Under the pieces are notes generated by a model. The model had not been told where the DNA came from. It saw only the letters and a list, made by a program, of their open reading frames with translations, and did not search any database. 64,000 bases of DNA from an uncultured Gammaproteobacteria bacterium (GTDB lineage Bacteria > Patescibacteriota > Patescibacteriia > Magasanikbacterales > GWA2-37-8), in NCBI GenBank assembly GCA_964465205.1, contig CAYXJO010000007.1:5228-69227 (forward strand). Direction: 5' to 3'. A program made the position numbers and the translations under genes. Below are positions 50,192-58,633 of the stretch, piece by piece. Positions within the stretch are counted from its first letter, which is position 1. Each line of letters opens with the position of its first letter.

Positions 50192-50533
50192 TTACCCCGG
50201 AACGAGTCCGGCTGCCTCGCGCATCTTTTGGATTGCGTCGTTCCACAACTGGTGGGTGACGCTGTAGTCTATGCCCGCACTTTTATCAGTTATCCGGAAC
50301 AGTGCGCATGGCATGAGGTCGTAAAATGCACAAGTTATTTCGATTTCATCCATTACCTTTTTTGGAACAATAGTCTGTCCCATTGAAGAGGATACGAACA
50401 TTGCATCTTTGCGTTCGCCATCCTGATCAAGCACGCAGATGGCCGTGATGGTGAAATCGGGCCAGCGATAGATTACCGGCCGGTCGATTTTGCTATAAAT
50501 ATCTACACTTCCGAAATTTTGTGTTTGCAACAT
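50192..50533 (-). CDS. Hypothetical protein (113 aa) inserted between secY and adk
   Basis: Own promoter TTGACA-17-TATAAT, boxA-like site, SD AAGGGG, terminator. Confidence 0.7.
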   Translation of the reverse strand: MLQTQNFGSVDIYSKIDRPVIYRWPDFTITAICVLDQDGERKDAMFVSSSMGQTIVPKKVMDEIEITCAFYDLMPCALFRITDKSAGIDYSVTHQLWNDAIQKMREAAGLVPG

Positions 50534-50718
50534 GATCTTCCCCTTCTTTTTTTCTTGTAATTTGTTATTATCGTTTGCTTTAAAAAGAGCGTAAAAGTAC
50601 TATAAAACTTTTTTTTCAACTAATCATTATACCATAATATCACACTATTGTCAAGGCAATGGGTTTGTGATATACTATTTTTGTGTAATATTAGCCAAAA
50701 AAATAATTTTTTAACTTC

Positions 50719-51387
50719 ATGAAACCAATTATCGTACTATTGGGAGCTCCCGGTTCCGGTAAAGGTACACAAGCCAAAAGAATGGCAAAAAAATATAATT
50801 ATCGCCAAATTTCTACCGGTGATCTTTTTCGGGCTTTGCTTGCAGAAAATAAAGTGGCCGAAAAAGATCGTAAGATTATCGCTGGTATCAAAGATGGCAA
50901 AATGGTGCCCGATGAATTTGTATACAAGTTGGTTTTTGCGGCCATAGAAGAAGCAATGTCACTCGGCCACAAAGTCGTGCTAGATGGGGTAATACGCAAT
51001 GTGAATCAAGCCAAAGAGTTTTGGAAATATTTCAAGCAACACAAATTAACCGACGATGTGGTGTTTGTGGAGATTGCTATTACCGACCGCGAATCATTCG
51101 TACGTCTGATGCACCGTCGCGTATGTGTCAAATGTGGCAATATCATACCGTGGACCCCAGAAACCACTGATTGGAACCATTGCCCCAAATGTGGCGGTGA
51201 TCTCCAAAATCGTGCGGACGACACAGTGGAGGCAGTGCGTGCTCGTCTCAAGGCGCAAGGTAATTCGATAATTCAGCCAATTATTAAATATTTACAAAAA
51301 GTCGCGCCGGTGAAAAGTATAAATGGCATGGAAGAGATTTCTTTGATCGCGCGTGAATTGGAGCAGGTGGTTAAAAGAACAATATAG
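50719..51387 (+). CDS. adk: Adenylate kinase (zinc lid)
   Basis: GAPGSGKGTQA, ISTGDLFR, CxxC...CxxC, RADD. Confidence 0.95.
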   Translation: MKPIIVLLGAPGSGKGTQAKRMAKKYNYRQISTGDLFRALLAENKVAEKDRKIIAGIKDGKMVPDEFVYKLVFAAIEEAMSLGHKVVLDGVIRNVNQAKEFWKYFKQHKLTDDVVFVEIAITDRESFVRLMHRRVCVKCGNIIPWTPETTDWNHCPKCGGDLQNRADDTVEAVRARLKAQGNSIIQPIIKYLQKVAPVKSINGMEEISLIARELEQVVKRTI

Positions 51388-51388
51388 T

Positions 51389-52201
51389 ATGCTTATTAAG
51401 ACTAGACAAGATATCGCTCAAATAGCCAAAAGCGGAAGAATACTCGGCGATATTTTGAGCAAGGTGGCGAAAATGGCTGCGCCCGGAGTTTCTACTTTTG
51501 AAATTGATAAAATGGCGGAAAAATTGATTACCAAAGCGGGTGGCCGACCATCGTTTAAAGGGTACATGTCACATCATTATGATCCACCATTTCCTTGTAC
51601 TATTTGCGCGTCGCGCAATCATGAGCTGGTACATGGGATTGCAAGCAAAGATATAATTTTACAAGATGGCGATAATTTTAGTATTGATATTGGCATGGAG
51701 TGGCCATACAAAAAAGGCGTGCGTGGGTTTTTTACCGATACCGCCATTACCGTGGCTGTAGGTAGTGTCGATCCAGAAAACCGCGAACTGATGCGAGTAA
51801 CCAGACAATCGTTGGAAGCGGGTATAAAAGCGGTAAAGCCTGGTAGGCCTTTGTCTGATATCGGCAAAGCAGTGGAGGATTATGTGAAATCACAAGGTAA
51901 ATACAGCATTATTCGTGATTTGGTCGGCCACGGCGTTGGCCACGAAGTACACGAGCAGCCGGCTATTCCAAATTACTACGATAAAAATTTGGATAAATTT
52001 ATTATGCGTCCCGGCATGGTGTTGGCTATTGAACCCATGGTGTCGTTGGGTGATTGGCGCGTGCGAGTCTCAGACGATGGTTGGACTATAGAAATGGCTG
52101 ATGGCAGTCTGTGTGCGCATTATGAGCATACGGTGGTGGTGACATCGCGTGGCCACGAGGTTGTGACCCGTCGACCCGGAGAAAAAAATGAAAAGCCATA
52201 A
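51389..52201 (+). CDS. map: Methionine aminopeptidase type I
   Basis: VHGI, IDIG, GHGVG, HEQP, AIEPM, HYEHT. Confidence 0.97.
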   Translation: MLIKTRQDIAQIAKSGRILGDILSKVAKMAAPGVSTFEIDKMAEKLITKAGGRPSFKGYMSHHYDPPFPCTICASRNHELVHGIASKDIILQDGDNFSIDIGMEWPYKKGVRGFFTDTAITVAVGSVDPENRELMRVTRQSLEAGIKAVKPGRPLSDIGKAVEDYVKSQGKYSIIRDLVGHGVGHEVHEQPAIPNYYDKNLDKFIMRPGMVLAIEPMVSLGDWRVRVSDDGWTIEMADGSLCAHYEHTVVVTSRGHEVVTRRPGEKNEKP

Positions 52202-52210
52202 TTGTGTTTT

Positions 52211-52597
52211 ATGAATATTCTAGCGCTAGATTTTGGCACAAAAAATATTGGTTTGGCTTGGTGTGAGACTGGGATAGGTGCGGTTTTGCCGTATGGAAAA
52301 TTAGACGCTCAGAAGTGGAGAACAGAACTGGTAAAATTGATAAAAGAAGAACGAATTGAACGATTGATAGTTGGTATGCCAATGGGTGTGGGCGGCAGCG
52401 GAGAAAAGAATGTTACGCGTGTACAGAATTTCGTCACAGAATTAAAAAGCATGATAGATGTGCCGGTAGAATTTTTTGATGAACGGTTCTCGAGCCAGCA
52501 AGCCGATCGCACTCCGGGCGGTGTGTCGCGCGACGAGAAATCTGCTATGATAATTTTGGAGGGATATCTTATTTTCCAAAAACGCAAAGGTAATTAA
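52211..52597 (+). CDS. ruvX: YqgF/RuvX family nuclease
   Basis: LALDFGTKNIGLA, VGMP, DERFSS, SAMIILEGY. Confidence 0.93.
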   Translation: MNILALDFGTKNIGLAWCETGIGAVLPYGKLDAQKWRTELVKLIKEERIERLIVGMPMGVGGSGEKNVTRVQNFVTELKSMIDVPVEFFDERFSSQQADRTPGGVSRDEKSAMIILEGYLIFQKRKGN

Positions 52598-52674
52598 CTT
52601 TTTACTTTCCTCGCCCGCGAGGGCTCAGGGTGGGCCTGTGGGCCCAAACCCGTAAAAAATTAATTACCTTTGCG
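52583..52674. repeat. Structured palindromic element, copy E
   Basis: 15-bp outer inverted repeat whose left arm is the last five codons of ruvX. Confidence 0.85.
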
Positions 52675-52682
52675 CTAAAATT

Positions 52683-53312
52683 ATGCAATCAATTATCCTA
52701 TCCCGGCGCGATATTCGTGAATACGATCAAATGATAACGCTCTATACCCGCGAACTTGGGAAAATAGACGTGTTGGCGCGTGGAGTAAAGAAAGTATTAA
52801 GTAAAAATTCGGCTTTTTTGGAGCCGTTTTGTTTTGTGGAAGCGGAAGTAATTCCAGGCAAAGATTTTGCGCATTTGGGAAGTGTGGTACCAATAGATAT
52901 TTTTAAACATATTCGGAACGACCTATTCGCCAGTTTGTCTGCAAGTTATGTGATGAATGTGTTAAATAGTCACATCCCAACAGGTGATCCGGATAAGCGT
53001 ATTTTTGATATGTTATGTAGTTGGCTGACATGGCTCAATGATGGTATGACTAACAAAAAATTCATTCATATTCACGGCGTAGCATCAGCTGTAACGGTTT
53101 TTATGGTAAAATTTTTAGCTCTGCTCGGCTTTAATCCCGCATCAGCCGACACTATCCACCGCCAATCTTTGCATATTTTATTGCGCAGTAGTTGGCACTC
53201 AGTTGACATAATTGATATAGATAATGACGAATTAACACGATTACAAAGAGTGTTGTATCAATTTGCGACTACGCATTTTGAGCGTAAAATTAGTGATTGG
53301 AGTATTTTTTAG
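52683..53312 (+). CDS. recO: DNA repair protein RecO
   Basis: EYDQMITLYTRELGKIDVLARGVKK, LEPF. Confidence 0.9.
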   Translation: MQSIILSRRDIREYDQMITLYTRELGKIDVLARGVKKVLSKNSAFLEPFCFVEAEVIPGKDFAHLGSVVPIDIFKHIRNDLFASLSASYVMNVLNSHIPTGDPDKRIFDMLCSWLTWLNDGMTNKKFIHIHGVASAVTVFMVKFLALLGFNPASADTIHRQSLHILLRSSWHSVDIIDIDNDELTRLQRVLYQFATTHFERKISDWSIF

Positions 53313-53450
53313 ACTAAAGCAACAGAAGTTTGGGGGCAATAATACTGTTTAATTTATGTTTACTAGTTGAGATTGCGGGATGGTATTGCTTGCCAATTTG
53401 TTTAAAATTTGTTAAATTATCTAAGATTTTAAGCTGTAAACTATACAATT

Positions 53451-54743
53451 ATGAAGGTTTTTATTAAGGATTTTGTGAACAAAGTCGGAGAAGAAGTGAA
53501 GGTTTTGGGATGGTTATACAATATGCGCTCTTCCGGGCCGATTGCGTTTTTGGAGTTACGCGATGGCACTGGTTGGACTCAGGCCGTAGCGGTGAAAAAA
53601 GACCTACCTGACACCATTTGGGCCGAAGTAGAGAGGGTGGGGCAAGAAGCGTCCGTGGAAGTAGTGGGTGTCGTATCAAAACATCCCAAAAAAGATAATG
53701 TGTTTGAGTTACAACTTAAAGATTTTAAAATTTTACAAAATGCGGTAGATTATCCGATTGCGCTCAAAGATCACGGTCCGGATTTTTTGTTGGACAATCG
53801 TCATTTGTGGTTGCGCAGCAAGAAGCAATGGGCAATTATGCGCGTGCGAGACGCGATTATTACTGCCATAAATGATTATTTGCATCAAGAAAATTTTATT
53901 CGTACAGACAGTCCTATTCTTACCCCCAATGCTTGCGAGGGGACAACCACATTATTCCCGGTTCCGTATTTTGATTTGGGAACGGCGTATTTATCCCAGA
54001 CCGGTCAATTATATATTGAAGCCGCCATCGCTTCCGTTGGGCGTTGTTATGATTTTGGTCCGGTATTCCGCGCGGAAAAGTCCAAAACCAAGCGCCATCT
54101 CACCGAGTTTTGGATGATGGATGCTGAAGGCGCGTTTGTCGAACATGAAGAAAACTTGAACATCCAAGAAGGATTGGTGCGACACATTATTCGCCATTGT
54201 TTGGCCAACTGTTTGGACGAACTGGCTATTTTGGAACGTGACGTAGAAAAATTGAAAAAAGCAGACGCGCCTTTTAAGCGCTATACTTACGACGAAGCAA
54301 TACCAAAATTGCATGAACTCGGAAGCGATATTAAGTACGGTGATGATTTGGGAAATGATGATGAGGGGTTGTTGACCAAAGATAGTGATGTGCCGGTATT
54401 TATCGAGAAGTGGCCCAAAACAATCAAACCGTTTTACATGAAACGCGACCCGGAAAATTCCGATCGTGTGCTCAACGATGATTTGATCGCGACTGATGGC
54501 GGAGGAGAGTTGATTGGCGGCAGCCAACGTGAGGATAATTATGATTTTTTGCTGGAACGTATCAAGGCGGAGGGATTGAATGTTTCTGACTACGAGTGGT
54601 ATTTGGATTTACGTAAATACGGCAGTGTGCCACATTCCGGATTTGGTATCGGCCTCGAACGTGCGGTGCGTTGGATCTGTGGCATTGAACATGTGCGTGA
54701 ATGCATACTTTTTCCGCGCACGATTGGCAGATTACGGCCATAA
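53451..54743 (+). CDS. asnS: Asparagine--tRNA ligase
   Basis: RHLWLRS, FRAEKS, RHLTEFWM, GGSQRE, PHSGFGIGLER. Confidence 0.95.
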   Translation: MKVFIKDFVNKVGEEVKVLGWLYNMRSSGPIAFLELRDGTGWTQAVAVKKDLPDTIWAEVERVGQEASVEVVGVVSKHPKKDNVFELQLKDFKILQNAVDYPIALKDHGPDFLLDNRHLWLRSKKQWAIMRVRDAIITAINDYLHQENFIRTDSPILTPNACEGTTTLFPVPYFDLGTAYLSQTGQLYIEAAIASVGRCYDFGPVFRAEKSKTKRHLTEFWMMDAEGAFVEHEENLNIQEGLVRHIIRHCLANCLDELAILERDVEKLKKADAPFKRYTYDEAIPKLHELGSDIKYGDDLGNDDEGLLTKDSDVPVFIEKWPKTIKPFYMKRDPENSDRVLNDDLIATDGGGELIGGSQREDNYDFLLERIKAEGLNVSDYEWYLDLRKYGSVPHSGFGIGLERAVRWICGIEHVRECILFPRTIGRLRP

Positions 54744-54765
54744 TATTCGTTATAAAAACCGCAGG

Positions 54766-55740
54766 TTACTCCTGCGGTTTTAAATTTACCATTACTATTT
54801 CTGGCAGTGTCCAAAATCTTACCGCACCACCACTTTCTCCCAAGCCGACAGTAGTGTATATCGGTGTGTTGTTATAATGATTTAATCCACGATAAAATTG
54901 ATCTGGCAAATTGATTCCCGCTTCACCCAGTGGTCCGACTATGGGTAAATACACCTGCCCGCCATGAGTGTGCCCAGCGAGTACTAGGTCGGGTTGTTTT
55001 GTGTTAGTTGGCCAAGATATGATCGCGTCCGGATTATGCGTGAGTAATATTATGGGCGATATTTGATCCCATTTATTTAAATTGGTGTATTCGACAGTCG
55101 CGCCCCATGGGTCATCGGCTCCGTATATGCAAATTATTTGTTGTTTTATTTTGGGACAGACAATTTCGTTTCGAAGTAGAGGAATACTGATTTTTTGGAA
55201 CCGCTCAATTAGCTCGCGCGAGCGATCGCCCAGCCAATATCTCGGGTCATCTTTTACTTGATTGCCTATCCCGTATTCGTGATTGCCCAATACAGCATAG
55301 ATTGGATATTTCTCGGCTAGAGCTTGAAGAGGTTCCAAATATACACTCTCGTCTTCTGGGTTGCCTTCATTGTCAATTTGGTCGCCGCCCAACAAAATCA
55401 GGTCGGGCCTTTCTTGATTTATCCGCTCAACAATTTTTTCTACCCAAGCGGATTTTTTGTGGTTACCAACCTGGATATCGGAAATAAAAGCGATTTTTAT
55501 TGATTGAGATAACTTGGAAGAGGTGATTTTTGTAGTCGTAGTTTTTATGGTCCATGGTTCTATTAAATGGGCGTTAAATGCCGCCAGAATTCCAGTTGTC
55601 ATTATAATAACCGCGATATATGATAGTAATTTATGGCGATTAAAAAAAATACCAGTGATTTTAATGTCGCGGGCAATGATAAAAATTAGATATCCGGCTA
55701 GCAGTATATAGCCGTAGATTACAATAGAATAATAATTCAT
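54766..55740 (-). CDS. Membrane-anchored metallophosphoesterase
   Basis: ISDIQ, GGD, GNHE, THNPD, GHTHGGQ. Confidence 0.9.
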   Translation of the reverse strand: MNYYSIVIYGYILLAGYLIFIIARDIKITGIFFNRHKLLSYIAVIIMTTGILAAFNAHLIEPWTIKTTTTKITSSKLSQSIKIAFISDIQVGNHKKSAWVEKIVERINQERPDLILLGGDQIDNEGNPEDESVYLEPLQALAEKYPIYAVLGNHEYGIGNQVKDDPRYWLGDRSRELIERFQKISIPLLRNEIVCPKIKQQIICIYGADDPWGATVEYTNLNKWDQISPIILLTHNPDAIISWPTNTKQPDLVLAGHTHGGQVYLPIVGPLGEAGINLPDQFYRGLNHYNNTPIYTTVGLGESGGAVRFWTLPEIVMVNLKPQE

Positions 55741-55886
55741 AGTCACGGTATTAATTGTATCATTTTTTATTGTTATTGCCAATTTTATGAACATACACCA
55801 ACTGTTTTGTAGGCTTGTTTAGGCTAGGCGGATTATAAGTTATTTGCTATAATAATATGGATATTAGCTATTATTTTTAGTTTTAT

Positions 55887-56759
55887 ATGCCGCCAGATAA
55901 ATATACAGCCACGTGGGTTTCGCATAGTTCAATGAGTGATTTTTTGGGATGTCCGCGGGCGTATTTTCTCAAGAATATATACAAAGATCCGAAAACTGGT
56001 CATAAAATAAAACTCATGTCGCCTGCGTTGGCGTTGGGTAGCGCAGTGCATGAGGTCTTGGAATCATTGTCTGTTTTGCCGAAAGGCACTCGTTTTGATG
56101 AGCCACTAATTGAAAAATTTGATCGAGTGTGGAATAAGTTTTCTGGCAAACGAGGTGGTTTTGATAGCGAAGAGACGGAATACGCCTTCAAGCAGCGCGG
56201 TCAAGCGATGTTGCGCATGGTCTATAATCATCAAGGTCCGATTTCTGGATTGGCAGTCAAAATACAAATGGATTTGCCATATTATTGGTTGTCTGAAGAT
56301 GATAATATAATTTTATGCGGCAAAATTGATTGGTTGGAATATTTGCCAGAAAGCGATAGTGTTCATATTATTGATTTTAAAACCGGAAAAAATGAAGAAG
56401 CCGAAGATTCTTTACAATTGCCAATTTATCATTTGTTGGTGCATAATTGTCAAAAACGTAAAGTGACTAAAGCCAGCTACTGGTATTTGGAGACCAGTGA
56501 TATGCCGATTGAAAAACAGTTGCCGGATTTGGCTGATTCGGAATCCAAGGTGCTGTCTGTAGCCAAACAAATTAAATTGGCGCGGCAAATTGGCCGATTC
56601 AAATGTCCGCATGGTGAAGATGGCTGTGGGGCGTGCCGCACATACGAAGCGATTGTTCGCGGCGGTGGGGAGTTGGTGGGGCAGGATGACTTTGGGGCTG
56701 ATATTTATGTTCTAAAACACGCAGAATCAACTGAAGACAGAGAAGGATTGCTGCTTTAA
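55887..56759 (+). CDS. PD-(D/E)XK nuclease (AddB/Cas4-like, four Cys)
   Basis: SHS...CPR, GSAVH, GKIDW, IIDFKTG, QLPIY, CPHGEDGCGAC. Confidence 0.85.
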   Translation: MPPDKYTATWVSHSSMSDFLGCPRAYFLKNIYKDPKTGHKIKLMSPALALGSAVHEVLESLSVLPKGTRFDEPLIEKFDRVWNKFSGKRGGFDSEETEYAFKQRGQAMLRMVYNHQGPISGLAVKIQMDLPYYWLSEDDNIILCGKIDWLEYLPESDSVHIIDFKTGKNEEAEDSLQLPIYHLLVHNCQKRKVTKASYWYLETSDMPIEKQLPDLADSESKVLSVAKQIKLARQIGRFKCPHGEDGCGACRTYEAIVRGGGELVGQDDFGADIYVLKHAESTEDREGLLL

Positions 56760-56802
56760 AATAAACAAAAAAACCGTATAAATACGGCTTTTTTGTTACC
56801 TG

Positions 56803-56884
56803 TGGGCGGGGTGGGAATCGAACCCACACTCCCGAAGGAACACGATTTTGAGTCGTGCGCGTCTACCAATTCCGCCACTCGCCC
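56803..56884 (-). tRNA. tRNA-Leu(CAA)
   Basis: GGGCGAGTGGCGGAATTGGTAGACGCG-CACGA-CTCAAAA-TCGTG, long variable arm, GGTTCGATTCC; CCA not encoded. Confidence 0.96.
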
Positions 56885-56951
56885 GATTTTGGTGTATTCA
56901 TTATATATTATCTTGGCACAGTTGTCAATTGTGTGTTATAATAACATCGCT

Positions 56952-57722
56952 ATGCCTACTGTAATATCTGTGGTTAACCAAAAAGGCGGGGTGGGGAAGA
57001 CTACTACCGCCGTAAATTTGGCTGCCGGGCTTTCTGAAGCCGGCAAATTTGTTTTGTTGGTAGATTTGGATCCGCAGGCAAATGCCACTTCGGGTTTGGG
57101 AGTAAAACATTTAGAATTAGATAAAGGCTTGTACCACGCCATCATTGGCGCCAATCGATTGCATGATGTGGTGAACAATACCGCGCACGCTGGGTTACGT
57201 GTGGCACCAGCTACACCCGATTTGGCGGGGGCCAATGTAGAGTTGGTGAGTGTAGATGGGCGCGAGCAAAAATTATCCGACATTTTGGCAGAAGTGAAAC
57301 ACGCTTACGACTATATCATTATCGACTGTCCGCCGTCACTTGGAATTTTGACGCTCAATGGTCTCGTAGCTGCCGATCACATACTTATTCCAGTGCAGGC
57401 AGAATATTATGCTTTGGAAGGTTTGGGACAATTGCTCAAAACAATTGAATTGGTGCGCGATAATATCAAACCAAATTTAAATGTATTGGGTGCGGTGCTT
57501 ACTATGTTCGATAGTCGCAATCGTTTGTCTGAAGAAGTTCTCCATGAATTATACAAATATTTTCCAAATAATATTTTTCGATCAGTAATTCCGCGTACTG
57601 TACGTTTGGCCGAGGCACCCAGTTTTGGTAAAAGTATTTTTCATTATGAACCGCGAGGTAAGGCGGCGCGCTCTTACGAACGTTTGGTGCGTGAATTATT
57701 AGATCATTTTGAACAACAATAA
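56952..57722 (+). CDS. parA: ParA/Soj ATPase
   Basis: NQKGGVGKTTT, DLDPQAN, DCPPSLG, LAEAPSFG. Confidence 0.96.
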   Translation: MPTVISVVNQKGGVGKTTTAVNLAAGLSEAGKFVLLVDLDPQANATSGLGVKHLELDKGLYHAIIGANRLHDVVNNTAHAGLRVAPATPDLAGANVELVSVDGREQKLSDILAEVKHAYDYIIIDCPPSLGILTLNGLVAADHILIPVQAEYYALEGLGQLLKTIELVRDNIKPNLNVLGAVLTMFDSRNRLSEEVLHELYKYFPNNIFRSVIPRTVRLAEAPSFGKSIFHYEPRGKAARSYERLVRELLDHFEQQ

Positions 57723-57726
57723 TTTT

Positions 57727-58587
57727 ATGTCATTAGGTAGAGGTTTGGGAGCGTTAATCACTCCTGTTGGACGTCAGACAAAACAATATAATACTTCGGC
57801 TAATACTAATACCAATACCACACCCCAAAAAGTTTGGAGTATTCCTATTACCGAGATTGTCACCAATATCAATCAGCCGCGTAAAACTTTTAGACCAGAA
57901 GAACTGACCGAATTATCAAATTCCATTAAAGAGCATGGTGTTTTGCAACCGGTTTTAGTTACCGAAAAATCAGATGGCGGTTATGAACTTATCGCCGGCG
58001 AACGACGTTTGCGTGCCAGTAAAATGGCCGGACTCGCCACAATCCCGGCGATCATCAAAGATTTGGCGGATCAACAGAAAGTAGAAATTGCTTTGATAGA
58101 AAATATTCAACGCGAAGACCTCAATCCAATCGAAGAAGCTTTCGCGTATAAACGTCTAATTGATGAATTTAATTTAACACAACAAGAAGTGGCCGATAAA
58201 GTGGGCAAGAGTCGTCCAGCTGTAGCCAATAGTGTGCGTTTATTAGATCTGCCTGCCGAAATTCAAGAAGCTTTGATTGAAGACAAAATCAATACCGGCC
58301 AAGCTCGTGCACTGCTTAGTTTGGAGGATAAGACAAAACAATTAGAAGTGTTGTCGTCGATGTTGGGGGAAAAAATTAGTGTGCGGGAAATTGAACGCCA
58401 AGTTGCCGGCAGTCGTGATCCACAAAAATCGCGTCGCGATCCAAATTTATTGTTTTTGGAAAATAAATTACGTGAAACACTGGGGACAAAAGTAACGATT
58501 ACTCAAAAAGGCGAACGTGGTACGGTAGTGATAGATTATTTTTCGAAAGAAGAGTTGAAACGGTTGTTGGATCAGATTACTAAGTAG
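57727..58587 (+). CDS. parB: ParB/Spo0J
   Basis: LGRGLGAL, QPRK, AGERRLRA, ENIQREDLNPIEEA. Confidence 0.96.
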   Translation: MSLGRGLGALITPVGRQTKQYNTSANTNTNTTPQKVWSIPITEIVTNINQPRKTFRPEELTELSNSIKEHGVLQPVLVTEKSDGGYELIAGERRLRASKMAGLATIPAIIKDLADQQKVEIALIENIQREDLNPIEEAFAYKRLIDEFNLTQQEVADKVGKSRPAVANSVRLLDLPAEIQEALIEDKINTGQARALLSLEDKTKQLEVLSSMLGEKISVREIERQVAGSRDPQKSRRDPNLLFLENKLRETLGTKVTITQKGERGTVVIDYFSKEELKRLLDQITK

Positions 58588-58588
58588 A

Positions 58589-58621
58589 TTAAAAATCTCC
58601 GCTTAACGCGGAGATTTTTAA
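58589..58621. terminator. Bidirectional terminator between parB and rel
   Basis: TTAAAAATCTCCGC/GCGGAGATTTTTAA. Confidence 0.8.
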
Positions 58622-58633
58622 TGATGGTTTGTT

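Noticed and set aside
11740-52674. Copies A-E as CRISPR repeats or attC sites
   Set aside because: They are dispersed, have no spacers, and lack AAC...GTT core boxes.
55887-56759. Cas4-like nuclease as evidence of CRISPR-Cas
   Set aside because: No repeat-spacer array or other cas genes are in the window; stand-alone PD-(D/E)XK proteins are common.
56803-56884. tRNA-Leu as an integration site
   Set aside because: No duplicated tRNA 3' end or integrase was seen in the window.
56793-56951. N-terminal extension of ParA in the ORF track
   Set aside because: It overlaps tRNA-Leu on the other strand; the ATG at 56952 fits the family.
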